In this document: piece by piece, positions 59,133 to 64,000 of the stretch | How the letters are laid out: each line of letters opens with the position of its first letter | Numbering within the stretch: position 1 is the first letter of the stretch | NCBI GenBank assembly: GCA_046726375.1 | Contig: JBKPAJ010000021.1 | Location: forward strand, 65,199 to 129,198 | From: Acidobacteriota bacterium | Lineage (GTDB): Bacteria > Acidobacteriota > Vicinamibacteria > Vicinamibacterales > UBA2999 | Reading direction: 5' to 3' | DNA length: 64,000 bases | Made by a program: the position numbers and the translations under genes | Notes under the pieces: generated by a model | What the model was told of the DNA's origin: nothing | The model's database searches: none | The model's input: the letters and a program-made list of their open reading frames with translations, nothing else

Positions 59133-59405
59133 ATGACGGGAACCCCGCTGCGCGTTGACGTGGAGTGCTATGCGGGGCACCGGGGCGAGGAAACGCCGCG
59201 GCGCTTCGGACTCGCCGGTGCCAGGATCGAGATCGCTGAAGTTGTCGACCGCTGGCTCGCTCCCGATCACCGCTACTTCAAGGTACGGGACGGCCAAGGC
59301 GACCTTTACATCCTGCGCAACGACGTCGCTTCCGAAACATGGGAGCTGACTTTCTTCCGACGGCGCGGGGATGGCGTGGAGCCGTGTTCAGCGGCCGCCG
59401 ATTGA
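59133..59405 (+). CDS. small conserved-looking hypothetical protein
   Basis: 90 aa, starting 9 nt after the zinc-ribbon stop. The sequence is natural-looking (…VECYAGHRGEETPRRFGLAGARIEIAEVVDRWLAPDHRYFKVRDGQGDLYILR…). I cannot name a family. Confidence 0.55.
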   Translation: MTGTPLRVDVECYAGHRGEETPRRFGLAGARIEIAEVVDRWLAPDHRYFKVRDGQGDLYILRNDVASETWELTFFRRRGDGVEPCSAAAD

Positions 59406-59462
59406 GATCGTGCGGTCGCCGAGGATCGCACAGCCGCAATGCGGTGCAGCAGCGGATGCCGA

Positions 59463-61733
59463 TCACAACTGAACGTCAACCGGCTTTCCATCAAACACAA
59501 GCTGGCGAGACGTCTTCTCTCCCGCCAGGCGCACCTCGATCGCCCGTTTCTGCGGCGGCAGAAATCGAGAGCCCGGCGCCAGGCGGAGCGTGTAACGCCG
59601 ACTCGCGTCGCTCCACGTCATCGCGAGCCGCATCCACTCGCCCTTGCGATAGTCGAACGTCTTTCCATCGTCTTCGTACAGATCGAAAGCGCCGTCGGCA
59701 CCTGGGTAAATCGTAACGGTCAGCGGACCATCCACGGGCTCGTCCACATACTGCTTGACGGGTCCAAAGGGCAGAATCGCCCCCGCGCGCACGTGCAAGG
59801 GCATGGTTGCGAGATCGACGCGCCGATCGATCTCGCGGCCGCCATCCACTCGCTGCTCGGTCCAGAAATCAAACCACGCGCCGCGCGGCAGGTAGAGGCG
59901 CCGGCTCGTTGCACCCTTCTCCACGACGGGCGACACGAGGATGTCGCGTCCCCACAAGAATTGATCGCCGCGTGCGGCTGCGTGCGAGTCGTCAGGATAA
60001 TGCAGCCACAACGCGCGCATCAGCGGCAGGCCGGTCTGGGTGCACTCCCGCGCCGCTGTGTAGGTGTAGGCCAGCATTCGATACCGCAGTTCGAGGTACT
60101 TCTTCACGATTGGCTCGACGTAAGGATTGTTCAACTCTCGTGGATCGGGATCGGCCGCGCCGCCCGTGTAGCTGCGAATTTCCGACGGTCCGAGCTTGCC
60201 CGTGTTCCATCCCCACGGCAGCCGCAAGTGCCAGTTGCGGCCGTGCGAGCGGAACAAGGGACAGAAGGTGCCAAACTGAAACCACCGCACGTGCAGCTCG
60301 CCCGTGTACTCGGCTGTCGGCACGAAGCCGCCGATATCAGTGCCCCAGAACGGAATGCCTGAGAGTGCGGTGTTGACCGCAACGGGCACGTGCGTCTTCA
60401 ACGTCTCCCACGTCGTGTAGACGTCACCCGACCAGAGAAACGCGCCGTAGCGTTGCATTCCGGCGTAGCCGTTGCGGTGAAGCGCAAACGGCCGTTCGTT
60501 CGGCCGATACCGCTGCGGGCCCTCCCAATACATGCGAATGCGCGCGAGTCGTGATGCGGCGTCCAAGCCGTCGCCTTGATCGGGCCACATGCCGTCGACA
60601 CCGAGATCGTAAAGCGGCTTGTGATACGGCCAGTAGCAGGGCACGGCGCGATCATCGGGCCAGCGATCGTCCGCCGTACGGCCGCTCGGCACCGCCTTGT
60701 CGGGCGTGCATGGTTCGTTCACGGCGCCGCTCATTCGCCGACCTTCGATGACGACGTGCAAGACGACTTTGTAATGCTGCGCGTGGAGCTCGTCGATCGT
60801 GCGCTTGGGGACCGGGAAGTTCTCCGTCTTCCACGCGAATTCACCGTTGCGTGTGTTCCAGCCCGAGGGAGTGAATTCGGTTCCGAGATAGATCAGCGCA
60901 TCGCATGGCAGCTTTTTTTCCCGGAACGTGTGAGCCACCCACATCACTTCCTCAGGACCTGCGAGCGTGCGATGTGATTGCATGTAGCCGAAAGCCCACA
61001 ATGGAGGCAGTTCCGCGAACCCAGTGATGCGCGCGTATTCGCCCATGATGGTCTTCGGTTCGTGCGATGCGACGACAAAGACATCAAGGGGAAGCGCGGC
61101 ATCGCTCGGCGTGAGCGTTCCTTGCGGACCCGTCAGATCGAACGCGCCGAGCGGCTGATGAACATACATGCCCCAACCATCGGTGCTGACCAGCCACTGG
61201 ATCGGGACGCGCCCTCCATGTGTGCGCAGCTGGTAGCCGCCTTGGCCATTGCGGTTCGTGTATGTCGATCCCTTCCGATCGAACTGCGGACCCCCTTCGC
61301 CGAAGCCGAAGAGCGGCCCTTTGCCGAGCGTGAACGTCATCTTCGGCGCTGCAGCATCCAGCACTAGGCGTTGGATCGCTTCGCCCTTCACGGTATCGAC
61401 GTGCAGTGTTGGCGGGCCGTCGGTGAACCGCACGATCAAGTTTCCTGCCTGGACCGGTGCAAAGGCAGAGCGCTGACGCCCAATCGCACGCCCCTCTGCC
61501 GCCGCAACTAACGCGCCATCGTCAGACGGGGTCTGCCCGCTCCCCCCGTCAATTGGCACCACGATGATCCGCACGGTGTCGCGGCTCACGGACGCGATCG
61601 CGATCTCGACGCGCTTTCCGGCGAAGATGATCGGCGAAGCCTGGCCGCGAAGGATCGTTGGTGCGAGGACGACGCCCGCACCCGCCGTTGCGAGCTGTTT
61701 CAGCGCGATCCGACGCCGGATCGGTGTGGACAT
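59463..61733 (-). CDS. glycoside hydrolase family 31 (alpha-glucosidase/xylosidase-like) with Tat-type signal
   Basis: 756 aa with N-terminus MSTPIRRRIALKQLATAGAGVVLAP, GVDGMWPDQGDG and FLWSGDVYTTWETL, which are GH31-like catalytic-region motifs. Confidence 0.9.
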   Translation of the reverse strand: MSTPIRRRIALKQLATAGAGVVLAPTILRGQASPIIFAGKRVEIAIASVSRDTVRIIVVPIDGGSGQTPSDDGALVAAAEGRAIGRQRSAFAPVQAGNLIVRFTDGPPTLHVDTVKGEAIQRLVLDAAAPKMTFTLGKGPLFGFGEGGPQFDRKGSTYTNRNGQGGYQLRTHGGRVPIQWLVSTDGWGMYVHQPLGAFDLTGPQGTLTPSDAALPLDVFVVASHEPKTIMGEYARITGFAELPPLWAFGYMQSHRTLAGPEEVMWVAHTFREKKLPCDALIYLGTEFTPSGWNTRNGEFAWKTENFPVPKRTIDELHAQHYKVVLHVVIEGRRMSGAVNEPCTPDKAVPSGRTADDRWPDDRAVPCYWPYHKPLYDLGVDGMWPDQGDGLDAASRLARIRMYWEGPQRYRPNERPFALHRNGYAGMQRYGAFLWSGDVYTTWETLKTHVPVAVNTALSGIPFWGTDIGGFVPTAEYTGELHVRWFQFGTFCPLFRSHGRNWHLRLPWGWNTGKLGPSEIRSYTGGAADPDPRELNNPYVEPIVKKYLELRYRMLAYTYTAARECTQTGLPLMRALWLHYPDDSHAAARGDQFLWGRDILVSPVVEKGATSRRLYLPRGAWFDFWTEQRVDGGREIDRRVDLATMPLHVRAGAILPFGPVKQYVDEPVDGPLTVTIYPGADGAFDLYEDDGKTFDYRKGEWMRLAMTWSDASRRYTLRLAPGSRFLPPQKRAIEVRLAGEKTSRQLVFDGKPVDVQL

Positions 61734-61793
61734 GCGCGCATCCTAGCGTTCGCTCCAACCGCATTACAATGCCCCACACGAAAGGAGATCCCG

Positions 61794-62150
61794 ATGGCGA
61801 AGAAAGGTTCTGAACGCGGCCGGGCTGCAAAAAAGGCGAAGCCGTCGCGAGCGCGCACTTCGGTGAAAAAGAGCGCTGGAGTGAAAAAGACCGCTGGAAA
61901 GGTGACCACGCCTTCCGCCGTCGCGGAGCAGGCGAGCCGCATCGTCAAGGAGGCTGCCGCCAAGCAGCGCATCGTCGTTTCGCTGACCGAGGAGCAGTTC
62001 GAAGAGCTGGCCCGAAACCTCAGGCCTGAGGGCAATGGCACATTCGATCCGCGGAAGCCGTTCCAGATCGAGTTCGAAGCCGGCACACGGGTGAAGTCGC
62101 GGTTGCCGGTCGCGAGCTGCGCGTTCTGGAGCGACAGCTGCTGCGTCTGA
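61794..62150 (+). CDS. 118-aa Lys-rich protein with Cys-rich C-terminal tail (candidate precursor peptide)
   Basis: AAGGAG lies 6 nt upstream of the ATG. The N-terminus is basic and includes an 18-nt tandem duplication (61863-80/61881-98, VKKSAG/VKKTAG). The centre reads VSLTEEQFEELARNL. The end reads …RLPVASCAFWSDSCCV*. The stop lies 6 nt before the next ATG. Confidence 0.6.
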   Translation: MAKKGSERGRAAKKAKPSRARTSVKKSAGVKKTAGKVTTPSAVAEQASRIVKEAAAKQRIVVSLTEEQFEELARNLRPEGNGTFDPRKPFQIEFEAGTRVKSRLPVASCAFWSDSCCV

Positions 62151-62156
62151 ACCTTC

Positions 62157-63278
62157 ATGTCTCCCCGGCCGGGTCGTGTTCGCCGCGCGAGCTGTCTCGT
62201 CGCATTCTGGGAACACGACGCGCTCGTCGTTGTCAATTACCTCACCGGCCGAGAGACGGTTCTGCCGACGCCTTTGGCCACGGTCTTGAGTCGTCTCGAT
62301 GGCTATATTGCCTTTGACGCGCTCACTCGCCAACTCGCCGCGCTTCCGCGCGCGAGGTCGCTGCTCCGGAGACTGATCACTCAGGATCTGCTCCTCACCG
62401 AGAATTCGCCGATCGACGTTCGTGACCGGCTGTTAGCTGCCGCGTGGGAATGGGGACCGAGCGCGCGCTTTTTTCACTTCGCGACGCAACGCGTTCCTTA
62501 CGAGTCGGATCCCGTTGAGGGACGTGGGCGTCTCGCAGAGCATGCCCGGCGAGTGCCGCCGCCCTCTCCTTACAAGGAATTCAACGCCGCCATTCCTCTG
62601 CCGGGCAGCTTCGCGGAGCAGGACGGTGACTTCTGGGACGTGCTGCGGCGGCGCAGGACATTGCGTCGATTTCAGCGAGCGCCAATCAGCCACGAAATGC
62701 TCGGGCAAGTGCTGCTCTGGACGTGGGGCGAAACACGGCGCATCGACAATCCCGACGTCGGATCGTACTTGCTGAAGACGTCGCCCTCGGGCGGGGCGCG
62801 CCATCCAATCGAAGTGTACCCGTTCGTCCGCAGAGTAACTGGCGTCAAACCCGGCATCTATCACTATTCAGTGAAGGAGCATGCGCTCGAGTATCTGCGT
62901 CCGCCGCTCTCAGCGAGTCAGCTTGTGAAGCTGCTTGCGAATCAACCGTGGGTCCGTGACGCCGCCGTCGTATTCTTCATGACCGCGGTTGTCGAGCGGA
63001 GCATGTGGAAGTACAAACACGAACACGCGTATCGCGTGTTGCTGCTCGATGCCGGTCACCTCGGTCAAACGTTTCATCTCGTCTGCACGAAACTTGGACT
63101 CGCCCCGTTCACGTCGTCGGCCAAGCAAGACGACGAGATCGAGCGTGTGCTTGGCATCGACGGCGTCAAGGAGATCTCCCTGTACGCCGCCGCTACCGGC
63201 ATTCCAGCTTTCAGCGATCAGCTCTCAGCACAAAAAAGCCGAAAGCCCAAAGCGCGAAAGCCGAAAGACGAAAGCTGA
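62157..63278 (+). CDS. SagB/ThcOx-family (nitroreductase-fold) dehydrogenase with RRE-like N-terminal domain
   Basis: 373 aa. The C-terminal part reads …FWDVLRRRRTLRRF…KTSPSGGARHPIEVYPF…GIYHY…WKYKHEHAYRVLLLDAGHLGQTFHLVCTKLGLAPF…. The N-terminal ~110 aa (LVAFWEHDALVVVNYLTGRETVLPTPLATVLSRLDGYIAFDALTRQL…LITQDLLL) resembles a PqqD-like winged helix. Confidence 0.86.
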   Translation: MSPRPGRVRRASCLVAFWEHDALVVVNYLTGRETVLPTPLATVLSRLDGYIAFDALTRQLAALPRARSLLRRLITQDLLLTENSPIDVRDRLLAAAWEWGPSARFFHFATQRVPYESDPVEGRGRLAEHARRVPPPSPYKEFNAAIPLPGSFAEQDGDFWDVLRRRRTLRRFQRAPISHEMLGQVLLWTWGETRRIDNPDVGSYLLKTSPSGGARHPIEVYPFVRRVTGVKPGIYHYSVKEHALEYLRPPLSASQLVKLLANQPWVRDAAVVFFMTAVVERSMWKYKHEHAYRVLLLDAGHLGQTFHLVCTKLGLAPFTSSAKQDDEIERVLGIDGVKEISLYAAATGIPAFSDQLSAQKSRKPKARKPKDES

Positions 63279-63335
63279 TAGCCGAAAGCTGATAGCTGAT
63301 AGCTGATAGCTGACAGCCGAGAGCTGAAAGCGCGT
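63237..63335. repeat. heptanucleotide tandem repeat array (AGCYGAN, ~13-14 units)
   Basis: Units, in order: AGCCGAA, AGCCCAA, AGCGCGAA (8 nt), AGCCGAA, AGACGAA, AGCTGAT, AGCCGAA, AGCTGAT x3, AGCTGAC, AGCCGAG, AGCTGAA, AGCGCGT. The SagB-like stop TGA (63276-78) lies inside a unit. Confidence 0.92.
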
Positions 63336-63361
63336 ACGCTCGCGCAGTATGATCAGCGAGC

Positions 63362-64000
63362 GTGGAAGTCTACCTCATAGACGGCACGTACGAACTGTTC
63401 CGTCATTACTACGCCCTGCCGCCGAAGAGAGACGCGCAGGGTCGAGAGATCGCTGCCGTTGAGGGCGTGCTCGGGTCGATCCGCGGGTTGTTGAACGCGG
63501 GCGCGACGCACGTCGGCGTCGCCACCGACAAAGTCATCGAGTCGTTTCGCAACGATCTTTGGCCGTACTACAAGACTGGCGACGGCATCGACGCTGACCT
63601 GCTGGCGCAGTTTCCATTACTGGAAGAAGCGCTGGCAGCGTTCGGGATCAAAGTGTGGCCGATGGTGGAGTTTGAAGCTGACGATGCGCTTGCCGCTGCG
63701 GCGGCGAAGGCGGCGCTTGATCCGCGCGTCGAGCGCGTGGTGGTCTGCACTCCCGACAAGGATCTCGCGCAGTCGGTGCGCGGCACGCATATCGTCCAAC
63801 TCAATCGCCGCACGCGAACCCTTTACGACGAAGCCGGGGTCATCGCCAAGTTTGGCGTGCCGCCAGTCTCGATCCCCGATTACCTTGCCCTCGTTGGTGA
63901 CTCGGCCGACGGATACCCCGGCCTTCCAGGGTGGGGTGCGAAATCGACGGCGGCCGTCCTGGCACGCTTCGGCCACCTGGAAGCGATTCCCGAAGACTCC
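63362..64000 (+). CDS. 5'-3' exonuclease / flap endonuclease (Pol I N-terminal-domain-like), 3' end runs off the right edge
   Basis: Not in the track because it is open-ended. Hand translation from GTG 63362 gives VEVYLIDGTYELFRHYYALP…VATDKVIESFRNDLWPYYKTGDG…EFEADDALAAAA…CTPDKDLAQ…IPDYLALVGDSADGYPGLPGWGAKSTAAVLARFG…. The acidic-cluster and H3TH motifs of FEN-type exonucleases are present. Confidence 0.88.
   Translation, partial: MEVYLIDGTYELFRHYYALPPKRDAQGREIAAVEGVLGSIRGLLNAGATHVGVATDKVIESFRNDLWPYYKTGDGIDADLLAQFPLLEEALAAFGIKVWPMVEFEADDALAAAAAKAALDPRVERVVVCTPDKDLAQSVRGTHIVQLNRRTRTLYDEAGVIAKFGVPPVSIPDYLALVGDSADGYPGLPGWGAKSTAAVLARFGHLEAIPEDS

Overview
GC-rich bacterial chromosomal segment. The gene content (CarboxypepD_reg-type TonB-dependent receptors, an ADOP/MacB-like permease, sigma54 enhancer-binding proteins, a DUF3300/DUF2950 pair, many exported and outer-membrane proteins) suggests Acidobacteriota, but that is inference only. 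Positions 1-36 kb look intact and core-like: a DUF2950-DUF3300-PPK2-ABM-sigma54 EBP string on the minus strand; a complete F1Fo operon atpBEFHAGDC that runs by overlapping start/stop codons into an MscS channel and a SulP transporter; an outer-membrane/periplasmic hydrolase cluster (two porins, amidohydrolase, glutaminase, DUF481 protein); a second sigma54 EBP; and a TonB receptor + sensor kinase module flanked by two response regulators. Positions 36-58 kb carry an unusual number of broken genes: an aldehyde-dehydrogenase relic, a frameshifted and truncated ADOP permease abutting a lower-GC spacer and an HNH endonuclease, two frameshifted exported-protein genes, a frameshifted DinB-like gene, and an L,D-transpeptidase with an in-frame TAG. 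Two of the frameshifts can be placed at short homopolymer runs and a third is compatible with one, so sequencing error and real decay both remain possible. The best candidate for a new system is at 61.8-63.3 kb. There a 118-aa Lys-rich protein ending in a Cys-rich tail (VASCAFWSDSCCV) is translationally coupled to a SagB/ThcOx-type dehydrogenase with an RRE-like N-terminal domain. No YcaO, protease or exporter is in reach, and the pair is followed by a 7-nt tandem repeat array that straddles the dehydrogenase stop codon. I recognised no rRNA, tRNA, CRISPR array or intact transposase. Four coding features are missing from the supplied ORF track and were found by hand translation: the DUF2950 gene at the left edge, the 5'-3' exonuclease at the right edge, a 54-aa FmdB zinc-ribbon gene, and the ALDH relic.
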